DNA of 64,000 nt from an uncultured Treponemataceae bacterium (lineage in GTDB: Bacteria; Spirochaetota; Spirochaetia; Treponematales; Rectinemataceae), in the NCBI GenBank assembly GCA_964399065.1, contig CAYNPQ010000001.1, positions 8,717 to 72,716 of the forward strand, read 5' to 3'. Numbering within the stretch: position 1 is the stretch's first letter; each line of letters begins with the position of its first letter. The notes below the pieces were generated by a model. The model was not told the DNA's origin. It worked only from the letters and a program-made list of their open reading frames with translations, and did not search any database. This document shows, piece after piece, positions 54,418-63,394 of the stretch. Position numbers and translations under genes: made by a program.

Positions 54418-55275
54418 ATGAAACAGCGCATCGCCCGGGCATTCCTCCTGTGCCTTGTCCTATCATGCGTAACCGGCGCCGGATACCTCTTCGCCGACGA
54501 ATTGACCGTGAACCTCGAGTCCAAGGCGGTCGCGCTGAGCCCCGAGAAGGACCTGGCGGGCAATCAGCTCTACGGCACCTGGGAGGTCCTCGGGAGCAAG
54601 TTCTCGACCCCCGGCTTCCCCATCAAGACCGACGTGAAGACCTACCCCGTGGCGGTCTACGGCTCGGCCCCCCAGCAGCAAGAGCTCAAGTCGCTCGGCG
54701 TCGCCATGCTCTTCGACCGCAAGGAGTACAACTGGGTGGACATCTACCCGGTCAAAAAGGGCGACGGGGACAAGATGCTTCCCGACGAGCTTCCCCTGCC
54801 CGGCCGGGTGAAGATGATCGACATGTGGGTCTGGTCCGGCAACTACGACTACTACCTCGAGGCCTTCGTCCGCGACTACAAGGGCATCGTCCACACCATC
54901 ACGATGGGCGACCTCAACTTCGTCGGATGGAAGAACCTCAGGATCAGCATCCCCGACAACATCCCCCAGTCCAAGAAGTACCTCCCCCGCCGCGAGTCCA
55001 TGAGCCTCGTGAAGTTCCGGATCTGGACCCGCCCGACCGAGATCGTCGTGGCGCTCGGCAGGGAGAACGAGGGCAAGCTCGACGAGAAGCTCGACCCGAA
55101 GAAGCCCGAGGACCTGAAGCAGATCCGGGAATTCTACCTCCCTCGCTCCGTCAAGTTCTACTTCCACAACATAAAGGTTCTCACCGACACCTTCGAAACC
55201 CTCTTCGACGGCGACACCCTCACTCGTCCTGACGTCGTCAAGGACGCCTGGGGCTCCTTCGGGAGCGGGAAATAA
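54418..55275 (+). CDS. flaA: Flagellar filament outer-layer (sheath) protein FlaA, divergent paralog
   Basis: 285 aa with a signal peptide. MIDMWVWSGNYDYYLEAFVRDYKGIVHTITMGDLNFVGWKNLRISIPDNIPQ parallels the FlaA core of the next gene. Confidence 0.8.
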   Translation: MKQRIARAFLLCLVLSCVTGAGYLFADELTVNLESKAVALSPEKDLAGNQLYGTWEVLGSKFSTPGFPIKTDVKTYPVAVYGSAPQQQELKSLGVAMLFDRKEYNWVDIYPVKKGDGDKMLPDELPLPGRVKMIDMWVWSGNYDYYLEAFVRDYKGIVHTITMGDLNFVGWKNLRISIPDNIPQSKKYLPRRESMSLVKFRIWTRPTEIVVALGRENEGKLDEKLDPKKPEDLKQIREFYLPRSVKFYFHNIKVLTDTFETLFDGDTLTRPDVVKDAWGSFGSGK

Positions 55276-55286
55276 GGAGACCGGCC

Positions 55287-56036
55287 ATGAAGAAAGCCAT
55301 CATCGCACTGCTCTGCGCCGTCGTCGCCTCCGGGCTCGCGTTCGCGCAGGCCAACCAGCCGGAGCTCGGCACTCCGGACGCGAGCCGCTCCGGCGTCGAG
55401 ACCGCCCAGCAGAAGCTCAAGGAAGTCTCCATCGACAAGTTCGAGGCCGCCGGCTTCTGGGACGCCTACATCTCGGCCGACGAAGGCTACATCCAGGGCA
55501 GGCTCTTCGAGGGCGGGCCCCTGGCCAAGAAGGACGAGCCGATCGCCGACGAGCGCAACATCGACAAGGAGCAGAAGATAGCCGACAAGTTCGTGTTCGG
55601 CATCCGGACCGACTTCTACGCCCGCGGCAACAACGAGATCAGGGTAATCGCGAAGAAGCCCATCCCCATCGAGGGCATCACGAAGACCATCACCATCTGG
55701 GTCGTCGGCCGCAACTACAACCACGAGCTCAAGATCATGCTCCAGGATTTCTTCGGGAACGACTTCGAGCTGCCCATGGGCAAGCTCAACTTCCAGGGCT
55801 GGAAGAAGCTCTCCGTGGCCGTGCCCCCGCAGAACCCCGACGGCAAGAGCGGCATCGTCCAGCGCAACTACCACTACAATTCCCACATGGGCATCAAGAT
55901 CGTCGGCTTCAAGATCGAGTGCGACCCGATGGAGGCCTACGGGACCTACTACGTGTACTTCGACGACCTCCGCGCCGTGAGCGACCTCTTCGCCGAGGAC
56001 AGCCGCGACGAGGACGACATGAACGACGGCTGGTGA
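55287..56036 (+). CDS. flaA: Flagellar filament outer-layer (sheath) protein FlaA
   Basis: 249 aa with signal peptide ...GLAFA|QA. ITIWVVGRNYNHELKIMLQDFFGNDFELPMGKLNFQGWKKLSVAVPPQNP and GIKIVGFKIECDP are the FlaA family pattern. Confidence 0.9.
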   Translation: MKKAIIALLCAVVASGLAFAQANQPELGTPDASRSGVETAQQKLKEVSIDKFEAAGFWDAYISADEGYIQGRLFEGGPLAKKDEPIADERNIDKEQKIADKFVFGIRTDFYARGNNEIRVIAKKPIPIEGITKTITIWVVGRNYNHELKIMLQDFFGNDFELPMGKLNFQGWKKLSVAVPPQNPDGKSGIVQRNYHYNSHMGIKIVGFKIECDPMEAYGTYYVYFDDLRAVSDLFAEDSRDEDDMNDGW

Positions 56037-56045
56037 GAGCCGGCG

Positions 56046-56076
56046 CGTCGCGCGGAAAGGCTGTCCCGCGGGGACA
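56046..56076 (+). terminator. Rho-independent terminator after flaA
   Basis: aaa-ggctgtccc-gcg-gggacagcc-TTTTTT (9-bp stem, 56049..56069). Confidence 0.85.
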
Positions 56077-56112
56077 GCCTTTTTTGTAGCCGCGGCGCCG
56101 AACGGAGAGAGC

Positions 56113-57291
56113 ATGGGCGAGACCGACTGGTTTCCCTTCCTGAGGCGCACCTATTTCTTCAAGGGCCTCGTCGACGAGGAGATCCGCCTCGTGGCCTCGG
56201 CCTGCGCCGAGGAGGAGCGGGACGCGGGCGACGTGATATTCGTCGAGGGCGCGACCGCCGACCGTTTCTACATCGTCATCGAGGGGCGGGTCGAGGTCTG
56301 GAAGAACTACTACGACGCGAAGCCCGACCTCCTCGCGGTCCACGGGCCCGGCCACTTCTTCGGCGAGATGGCCCTCATCGACGAGCTGCCGAGGTCCGCG
56401 ACCGTCGTCGCCAAGGACGCGGCGCGGCTCCTCTTCCTCTACCGCGACGACTTCCGCAGATTGATCAGGGAGCGGTCCTCGATCGCGCTGTCGGTGATGA
56501 CGGCGATCTCCTACATGGTGAGGAGCGCCAACGAGGCCTACGTCGAGGACCTCCGCAAGCGGAACGCCCAGCTCGAGAAGGCCTACGCCCAGCTCGAGAG
56601 CGCGCAGGCCGAGCGGCTGCGGAGCGAGCGGCTCTCCACCCTGGGGAAGTTCTCCTCGCTGATCCTCCACGACATACGCAACCCCCTGTCGGGCCTCAAG
56701 GGCCAGATCCAGCTCATGGGGCTCAGGCTCGACGAGCCCGACAAGTTGAAATCGCACATCGCGGCGAGCCTCGCCGAGATCGGCAGGCTCGAGCGCCTCG
56801 CGAACGAGTTCCTCGACTACTCGCGCGGCGAGGTCAGGCTCGACATGGCGGTGGCCAGGCCGGGGGAGATCCTCGCGAGACTCGAGGAGGGGCTCCGGGA
56901 GCGGTTCGCGCGCGCGGGCATCCGCGTCGAGCGGGACCTCCGCTACGACGAGCCGGTCATCCTCGACGCGGACCGCGTGCTCCGCGCCCTGCAGAACCTC
57001 GCCGACAACGCGCGCAAGGCGATGTCCTCCAAGGGCGGCGTCCTGTCGCTGAAGTCCTACCTCGACGGGGTGCAGCTCGCCTTCGAGGTCGCGGACACCG
57101 GCGAGGGCATGAGCCCCGAGGTGCTCGGGCACCTCTTCGAACCCTTCTATTCGGCCTCGGGCCAGGGCGGCACCGGGCTCGGCATGCTCATCGTGAAGAA
57201 CATCGTCGAGGCCCACGGCGGCACGGTGCGGATCGGCTCGAGGAAGGGCGTGGGCACGAGGGTGGTGCTCCGCTTCCCCCTCAAGGCCTGA
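56113..57291 (+). CDS. Cyclic-nucleotide-binding-domain sensor histidine kinase
   Basis: 392 aa. cNMP domain (FFKGLVDEEI...GDVIFVEGATADRFYIVIEGRVEV...GHFFGEMALIDELPRSATVVA), coiled linker, H-box LILHDIRNPLSG, and HATPase motifs (LADNARKA, DTGEGM, GGTGLGM). Confidence 0.85.
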   Translation: MGETDWFPFLRRTYFFKGLVDEEIRLVASACAEEERDAGDVIFVEGATADRFYIVIEGRVEVWKNYYDAKPDLLAVHGPGHFFGEMALIDELPRSATVVAKDAARLLFLYRDDFRRLIRERSSIALSVMTAISYMVRSANEAYVEDLRKRNAQLEKAYAQLESAQAERLRSERLSTLGKFSSLILHDIRNPLSGLKGQIQLMGLRLDEPDKLKSHIAASLAEIGRLERLANEFLDYSRGEVRLDMAVARPGEILARLEEGLRERFARAGIRVERDLRYDEPVILDADRVLRALQNLADNARKAMSSKGGVLSLKSYLDGVQLAFEVADTGEGMSPEVLGHLFEPFYSASGQGGTGLGMLIVKNIVEAHGGTVRIGSRKGVGTRVVLRFPLKA

Positions 57292-58129
57292 GCCGGGGCC
57301 CGAAGACGGACCACGCGTTGCGCGACGCCGCGACGGCGAGGGCCGCCGGCTCCGCGCCGCGCAGGGCCGCCGCGGCCGCGCAGGTACGCTCGAGGTCCAG
57401 GGGCGAGGAGGGCCGGCCCCGCCGCGGCTCCGGGTTCATGTAGGGCGAGTCGGTCTCGAGGAGGAGTCGGTCCGCCGGCACGAGGGCGCAGGCCTCGCGG
57501 AGCGCGCCCGCCTTCTTGTAGCTGAGGTTCCCCGCGAAGGAGATCATGCAGCCGAGGTCCAGGAAGGCACGGGCCTCGGCGGGGCCGTAGCCGAAGCAGT
57601 GGATCACCACCGGGACGGCGGGGCGGGCGGAGGCGATGGCGCCCAACGTGTCCTCGAAAGCCTCCCGCGAGTGGACGACGAGGGGCAGGCCGAGGCGGGC
57701 GGCGAGGTCGAGCTGGCCCTCGAAGAGCCCGAGCTGGGCGGCGCGGCTCCCGTTCATGTGGTGGTAGTCGAGGCCGCCCTCCCCTATCGCGGCGCAGCGG
57801 CCGCCCGCGGCCGCGAAGTCCGCCACGGCCGACTCGAGGTCGCGCAACGCGCGGGTCGGGTCCCCGAGAGCCTCCTCCGAGGGCCAGGCGCCCGCCGTGA
57901 GGGCGAGGAAGGGCGGCGCGGCCGCCCAGGCCCGCGCGAGGCGCTCCGCCCTCGAAGCGATGTCCCGGGGCTCGGTGCCCACGTCGACGAGGAGGGGGCC
58001 CCGCCCTCCCTCGGCCGCCGCGGCGGCCCAAGCGGAAGCGTAGGCGGCGAGGACGTCGCGCAACGCGCCTTCTCCGAGCTCCTCCGCGACACCTCCGAGG
58101 TGGGCGTGGCTGTCGGCGAGGACCCTCAT
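57281..58129 (-). CDS. tatD: TatD-family metal-dependent hydrolase
   Basis: 282 aa with LADSHAHL, IGEGGLDYH, LPLVVHSREA, VVIHCF and LLLETDSPYM. Start overlaps the clpB stop by 1 nt. Confidence 0.85.
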   Translation of the reverse strand: MRVLADSHAHLGGVAEELGEGALRDVLAAYASAWAAAAAEGGRGPLLVDVGTEPRDIASRAERLARAWAAAPPFLALTAGAWPSEEALGDPTRALRDLESAVADFAAAGGRCAAIGEGGLDYHHMNGSRAAQLGLFEGQLDLAARLGLPLVVHSREAFEDTLGAIASARPAVPVVIHCFGYGPAEARAFLDLGCMISFAGNLSYKKAGALREACALVPADRLLLETDSPYMNPEPRRGRPSSPLDLERTCAAAAALRGAEPAALAVAASRNAWSVFGPRLRP

Positions 58130-60705
58130 CAGGCGACCGTGAAGGAGAGCGCGCCCTTGGCCACGCCGATCCGGACCTTGTCGCCCTCCTTGTACTTTCC
58201 GGCGAGCATGCCGGCGGCGAGGGGGTTCTGCACGAGTCCCTGGATCGCCCGCTTCAGGGGCCGGGCGCCGAAGCTCGGGTCGTAACCGGCCTCGGCGAGG
58301 AACCCGCGCGCCTCCTTCGACACCTCGATCGAGACCTTGCGGTCGGCCAGCCTCGCGGCGAGGAGGCCGAGCTGGATGTCGACTATCGCGAGGATGCGGT
58401 CCTTGCCCAGGCGCTCGAAGACCACGGTCTCGTCGATGCGGTTCAGGAATTCGGGCTTGAAGCTGCCGCGCAGGAGGCCGTCGATCGCGGCCCGCACCTC
58501 GCCCATGTCCTTGGCCTCGAGGATGAGCTCCGAGCCGATGTTGCTCGTCATGATGACGATGGCGTTCTTGAAGTCGACCACGCGGCCCTGGCCGTCGGTG
58601 AGCCGGCCGTCGTCGAGGAGCTGGAGGAGGACGTTGAACACGTCGGGGTGGGCCTTCTCGATCTCGTCGAAGAGCACGACCGAGTAGGGCCGGCGGCGCA
58701 CGGCCTCCGTGAGCTGGCCGCCCTCGTCGTAGCCGACGTAGCCGGGCGGGGCGCCGATGAGGCGGCTCACCGTGTGCTTCTCCATGTACTCCGACATGTC
58801 TATGCGGGTGAGCGACTTCTCGTCGTTGAAGAGGAACTCCGCGAGGGCCTTGGCGAGCTCGGTCTTGCCGACGCCGGTGGGGCCGACGAAGAGGAAGGAG
58901 CCCAGGGGGCGGTTCGGGTCGGAGAGGCCGGCCCGGTTGCGGCGGATCGCGTCGGCGACGGCCTTCACGGCCGCCTCCTGGCCGACCAGCCTCTTGGCGA
59001 GGAGGGTCTCCAGGTCGAGGTAGCGCTGCGCCTCGGAGGAGAGCATCTTCGAGACGGGGATGCCGGTCCAGGTCGACACGACGCGGGCGATGTCCTCCTC
59101 GGAGACCTCCTCGCGGAGGAGGCGCTCCCCCTCGCTCCTGGCCTGGATCTCGGCGCTCACCTCCTCGAGCTTCTTGCCCGCCTCGAGGAGCCTGCCGTAC
59201 TTGATCTCCGCGGCCTTCGCGAGGTCGCCCTCGCGCTCGCGGCGCTCGCCCTCGATCTTGAGCTCCTCGATCTCGGCCTTGAGCTTGCGGAGGCGCTCGA
59301 TGCGCTCCTTCTCGCCCTGCCAGCGCAGCTTCATCGCGTCTCGGCGCTCCGAGAGGGAGGCGATCTCGGCCTCGAGGCGCCCGAGCCGCTCCCTGGAGGC
59401 CTCGTCGGTCTCCTTGGAGAGGGCCTGCCTCTCGATGCTGAGCTGGAGGAGGCGGCGCTCGGCCTGGTCGAGCTCGGTGGGCTGGCTCTCGATCTCCATC
59501 TTGAGCCTCGAGGCGGCCTCGTCCACGAGGTCGATGGCCTTGTCCGGCAGGAAGCGGCTCGTGATATAGCGGTCGGAGAGGGTCGCCGCGGCGATGAGGG
59601 CCTCGTCCCGGATGCGGACGCCGTGGTGGACCTCGTAGCGCTCCTTGAGGCCCCGGAGGATGGCGATCGCGGCCTCGACGGAGGGCTCGGCGCAGAGCAC
59701 GGGCTGGAAGCGGCGCTCGAGGGCGGCGTCCTTCTCGATGTGCTTGCGGTACTCGTCGAGGGTGGTCGCGCCGATGCAGCGGAGCTCGCCGCGGGCCAGG
59801 GCGGGCTTGAGGAGATTGGAGGCGTCCATCGCGCCCTCGGCCGCGCCGGCGCCCACGAGCGTGTGGAGCTCGTCGATGAAGAGGATGACCCGGCCCTCGG
59901 ACTTCTGGATCTCCTCGATCACCGCCTTGAGGCGCTCCTCGAACTCGCCGCGGAATTTCGAGCCCGCGACGAGGGCGCCGAGGTCCAGGGCGAGGAGCTT
60001 CTTGCCCTTGAGCGAGTCGGGCACGTCGCCCCCGACGATCCGGCGGGCGAGGCCTTCCACGATCGCCGTCTTGCCGGTGCCGGGCTCGCCGATGAGGACG
60101 GGGTTGTTCTTGGTGCGGCGCGAGAGGACCTGCATGACGCGGCGGATCTCCTCGTCGCGGCCGATGACGGGATCGAGCTTCTCGGCCCGCGCGAGGGCGG
60201 TGAGGTCGCGGCAGTAGCGCTCGAGGACGCGGTACTTCTCCTCGGCCGCCTGGTCCGTGACGCGGCGCGTCCCCCGCACCGCCTTGAGGGCCGAGAGGAG
60301 GGCCTCCTTGGTCGCGCCCCGCGAGCGGAGGAGCCCGCCGACCTCCCCCTCGCCCTGCGCGAGGCCGAGGAGGATGTGCTCGGCGGCGACGTACTCGTCC
60401 TTGAGGGCCTCGGCCTCGGCCTCGGCCTTGGCCAGGGCCTTGGCGGCCCCGCCCGAGAGGTAGAGCTGCGCCGCCTCGCCGAAGACCTTGGGCTTGCGGG
60501 CGAGGAGGGCCTCGGCTTCCTTCTCGACGGCGCCGCGGTCGACGCCGATGCGGTCGAGGAGGGCGGGCGCGACCCCCTCCTCCTGCCCGAGGAGGGCGAG
60601 GAGGAGATGCTCGGGCTCGACCTGGGATTGATCGCGCTTGCGGGCCTCGCCCGTCGCGTCCTGTATGGCCTCCTGGGCCTTCAGCGTGTACCTTTCGTAG
60701 TCCAT
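58129..60705 (-). CDS. clpB: Chaperone ClpB
   Basis: 858 aa. Two AAA+ modules ([30 protein letters not shown]) separated by a long coiled-coil M-domain. Confidence 0.97.
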   Translation of the reverse strand: MDYERYTLKAQEAIQDATGEARKRDQSQVEPEHLLLALLGQEEGVAPALLDRIGVDRGAVEKEAEALLARKPKVFGEAAQLYLSGGAAKALAKAEAEAEALKDEYVAAEHILLGLAQGEGEVGGLLRSRGATKEALLSALKAVRGTRRVTDQAAEEKYRVLERYCRDLTALARAEKLDPVIGRDEEIRRVMQVLSRRTKNNPVLIGEPGTGKTAIVEGLARRIVGGDVPDSLKGKKLLALDLGALVAGSKFRGEFEERLKAVIEEIQKSEGRVILFIDELHTLVGAGAAEGAMDASNLLKPALARGELRCIGATTLDEYRKHIEKDAALERRFQPVLCAEPSVEAAIAILRGLKERYEVHHGVRIRDEALIAAATLSDRYITSRFLPDKAIDLVDEAASRLKMEIESQPTELDQAERRLLQLSIERQALSKETDEASRERLGRLEAEIASLSERRDAMKLRWQGEKERIERLRKLKAEIEELKIEGERREREGDLAKAAEIKYGRLLEAGKKLEEVSAEIQARSEGERLLREEVSEEDIARVVSTWTGIPVSKMLSSEAQRYLDLETLLAKRLVGQEAAVKAVADAIRRNRAGLSDPNRPLGSFLFVGPTGVGKTELAKALAEFLFNDEKSLTRIDMSEYMEKHTVSRLIGAPPGYVGYDEGGQLTEAVRRRPYSVVLFDEIEKAHPDVFNVLLQLLDDGRLTDGQGRVVDFKNAIVIMTSNIGSELILEAKDMGEVRAAIDGLLRGSFKPEFLNRIDETVVFERLGKDRILAIVDIQLGLLAARLADRKVSIEVSKEARGFLAEAGYDPSFGARPLKRAIQGLVQNPLAAGMLAGKYKEGDKVRIGVAKGALSFTVA

Positions 60706-60780
60706 GTGGAGGAAAAATACTGCCCCCGCCGCCGCCGCGGCAAGCGGGCCCCGGGGACGCCGCCGGGCCGGGGGCGCGCG

Positions 60781-60809
60781 TTGACTCGGGCCGGCGAGGG
60801 CCTTATCTT
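60781..60809 (+). promoter_or_regulatory. Sigma-70-type promoter candidate (TTGACT-N17-TATCTT) predicting a leaderless transcript
   Basis: Hexamers at 60781..60786 and 60804..60809. ATG 60816 lies 7 nt past the -10, where transcription would be expected to start. Confidence 0.35.
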
Positions 60810-60815
60810 CATGGC

Positions 60816-61022
60816 ATGGAACGGAAAGTGATCGTACTCCACGGCTTCTCGCCCGAGGACGCGGTGGCCGCGATGCGCGCCATCAAGGCCGCCCTGCCGG
60901 CCGCCCGCGACGCCGCCTTCGCCACCACCACCCCGACCAACCTCGAATGGAGGATGTCCGAGCTCGTGGAGCATGTCTGGGAGGAGCACGAGGCGATGAC
61001 CGGCGGGGCGAGGAAGGCCTAG
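60816..61022 (+). CDS. Hypothetical 68-aa protein (possibly DUF3783-like)
   Basis: [28 protein letters not shown]... Family assignment is from memory only. Codon usage is compatible with coding. Confidence 0.45.
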   Translation: MERKVIVLHGFSPEDAVAAMRAIKAALPAARDAAFATTTPTNLEWRMSELVEHVWEEHEAMTGGARKA

Positions 61023-61052
61023 TGCCCGCGTTTCTCGCAGGGAAAAACCGGG

Positions 61053-61526
61053 CTAGACTTCGAGGTCGGGGATCTTCCGCTTCATCGCGGCGATGAAGTC
61101 CTCGCCCGTGGCCCCCTCGCGGAGGGCGACGAAGACCATGTTATCCCTGCCGGCGATCGTCCCGAGGACCTCCTCGAGGCCCATGTTGTCGATCGCGAGG
61201 GCCACGGCGTCCGAATGCCCCGAGAAGGTGCGGACGACCGCCAGGCCCGCGTTCCAGTCGACCGAGACATAGCCCCGGAGGAAGTCCTGGATGTGGTGGC
61301 GCTCGGTCTCGCGCCGCTCCTCGTCCGAAGGGACGGTGTAGTAGTAGCCCGAGTGGCCGTCGGAGACCTTCCCGACCTTGAGGTACTTCAGGTCCCGCGA
61401 AAGGGTCGCCTGCGTGACGCTGTAGCCCTCCTCCTGGAGAAGCTGGAGGAGGGTTTCCTGCGAGTCGATCCGATGGGTCTTGATGATCTGTCGGACGGTC
61501 TTCTGTCGTTCGAGACGTTCTTTCAT
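61053..61526 (-). CDS. argR: Arginine repressor ArgR
   Basis: Trimmed to ATG 61526: MKERLERQKTVRQIIKTHRIDSQETLLQLLQEEGYSVTQATLSRDLKYLKVGKV (wHTH), and the C-terminal oligomerisation domain GTIAGRDNMVFV. Confidence 0.9.
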   Translation of the reverse strand: MKERLERQKTVRQIIKTHRIDSQETLLQLLQEEGYSVTQATLSRDLKYLKVGKVSDGHSGYYYTVPSDEERRETERHHIQDFLRGYVSVDWNAGLAVVRTFSGHSDAVALAIDNMGLEEVLGTIAGRDNMVFVALREGATGEDFIAAMKRKIPDLEV

Positions 61527-61682
61527 GTCCGTTCCGGGCCGTGCGCGGTCCCGGTCCTCTCGACCGATGATCGCACGGATGGCCGAAAATGGCAAGATCG
61601 CCGGCGGGGCCCGGGCTCAAGCCGGACCGGCCGCAGGCCGATACTCCGAGGGGGAGGCGCGCGTCGCGGCCCCGGGGGCGAG

Positions 61683-63263
61683 ATGGACGAGAACGAGGAA
61701 ATCCAGGACCTCGAGCCTGCTGTGCCCGCAGAAGACGCGGGTTCTCCCGCCGCGCCCGTCGAGGACGCGGTTCCCGTCGAGGACGCGACTCCCGTCGAAA
61801 CCGCGGCGCCACTCGAAACGACTTCCCAAGTCCCTGCCCCCGCGGCGGCACCCCAGGCCCCGGCACGTGAGCATCATGAGGAAGAGTCCACGGGTGGCGT
61901 CTCCTTCCGGACCCAGGGCGAACGCAACGACGGGAGCGCGGAGCTCGTCGTCTCGCCCGACGGCATGCTCGTCGAGGCTTCCTTCTTCCCCGCCATGGGC
62001 GAGGGAAAACCCCTCTCCCCGGACGACGTCAAGAACCTCCTCGCCGGGCTCGGCATCGTCGCCGGCATCCTCTGGGACGAGATCGCGGAAGCCGTCATGC
62101 GCTGCAACCTCGACCGCAGGATCCTGCACGGGGTGGTCGTGGCCCGAGGCTTCCTGCCCGTGCCCGAGATTCCCCCCCACGCCGCCCTCGAGCCGAAATT
62201 CCGGCGCACCGGCCCCCTCGTGGACGAGAACGTGCAACGCGTCGATTTCCGGGAGCTCTCGGGCGTGTTCGTCGTCAGGAAGGACGAGGCGATCGCCCGC
62301 ATCATCCCCCGCAGGGAAGGGGCGCCCGGCTCCGACGTGCGGGGCGCCGAGGTCCCCTACCCCCGCGAGTCGCCCGAGAACTACGTGGCCGGGAGGAACG
62401 TGGTCCAGAGGGAGGACCGCCTCGCCTCCGCGGTGGACGGCCGACTCCTCGTCACGGGGAACCGCCTCGACGTGGACGAGGTGCTGCTCATCAAGGGCGG
62501 GGTCGACTACCACACCGGCCACATCGCCTTCCCCGGCGACGTCGTCATCGAGGGGCAGGTGCGCGACGGCTTCCGCGTGCGCTCCGGCGGCTCGATCGTC
62601 TGCAAGACCACCCTCGACGCCTTCGACGTCGAGGCGAAGAAGAACCTCGAGTGCCCCCAGGGCATCATCGGCCGGGCGCGGGCCCAGATCCGCGTCGGCG
62701 GCGACCTCAACGCGAAGTACGTCCAGAACTGCAAGGTCGCGGTGCGCGGCAACGTCCGGGTGCCGACCGCGATCGTCAACAGCAAGATCCTCTGCCTCGG
62801 CATGATCGACCTCGGCGACAAGGGCGTCGTCATGGGCGGCGAGCTCCATGCCCTCCACGGGCTCCGCTGCGGGCGGCTGGGCAACCAGGCCATGCAGCGG
62901 ACGGTGGTGCGCGCGGGCACCGACTTCACCGTCGAGCAGCGGCTCGCCCAGGCCAACGAGCGCATGCGCCTCATCTCGGCGAGGTCCCGCCAGATCGAGG
63001 CCGCGGGCCGCTCCAGGCCGGGTCCCGAGCTCGAGCGCGCGCGGGCCGAGATCGCGAAGGCCGCGGATGCGGTCCGCGCCCACATAACCGAGCTCCTCGG
63101 CAAGCTCGACGCAGACGACTCCGCGGTGATCGAGGCGAAGGGCGAGATATTCCCCGGCGTCGTCATCGAGATCTGCCGCGTGAGCATCGTGGTGGGCGAG
63201 AAGCTCAAGGCCGGCACCTTCAAGCTCGACAAGGCCGCCGGCAGGATCGTGATCGGCAAGTAG
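61683..63263 (+). CDS. FapA-family (DUF342) protein
   Basis: Trimmed to ATG 61683. Acidic Pro-rich N-terminus, then DUF342-type beta-helix repeats (GGVDYHTGHIAFPGDVVIEGQVRDGFRVRSGGSIVCKTTL...VGGDLNAKYVQNCKVAVRGNVRV) and a C-terminal coiled coil. Confidence 0.8.
   Translation: MDENEEIQDLEPAVPAEDAGSPAAPVEDAVPVEDATPVETAAPLETTSQVPAPAAAPQAPAREHHEEESTGGVSFRTQGERNDGSAELVVSPDGMLVEASFFPAMGEGKPLSPDDVKNLLAGLGIVAGILWDEIAEAVMRCNLDRRILHGVVVARGFLPVPEIPPHAALEPKFRRTGPLVDENVQRVDFRELSGVFVVRKDEAIARIIPRREGAPGSDVRGAEVPYPRESPENYVAGRNVVQREDRLASAVDGRLLVTGNRLDVDEVLLIKGGVDYHTGHIAFPGDVVIEGQVRDGFRVRSGGSIVCKTTLDAFDVEAKKNLECPQGIIGRARAQIRVGGDLNAKYVQNCKVAVRGNVRVPTAIVNSKILCLGMIDLGDKGVVMGGELHALHGLRCGRLGNQAMQRTVVRAGTDFTVEQRLAQANERMRLISARSRQIEAAGRSRPGPELERARAEIAKAADAVRAHITELLGKLDADDSAVIEAKGEIFPGVVIEICRVSIVVGEKLKAGTFKLDKAAGRIVIGK
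61755..61826 (+). repeat. In-frame 18-bp tandem repeat, about 4 units (PVEDAV-PVEDAT-PVETAA-PLETTS)
   Basis: cccgtcgaggacgcggtt / cccgtcgaggacgcgact / cccgtcgaaaccgcggcg / ccactcgaaacgacttcc starting at 61755, 61773, 61791 and 61809. Confidence 0.85.
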
Positions 63264-63394
63264 CGCCGCTATAGGAATATCCCGTTGACATCGCCTCGGC
63301 CGCAGGTGCTTTAATATCCGCATTCGCGGTCGCGCCCATCGCGTCGACCCGGGGAACAACGCAGTCCGACATCATCGGCGTCGGGAGACGAACC

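Noticed and set aside
60706-60780. Search for a heat-shock operator (CIRCE-like inverted repeat) or an obvious SD upstream of clpB.
   Set aside because: No inverted repeat of that type is present. The sequence before the ATG is tatttttcctccac, which lacks an SD, and I could not support any specific regulatory element.
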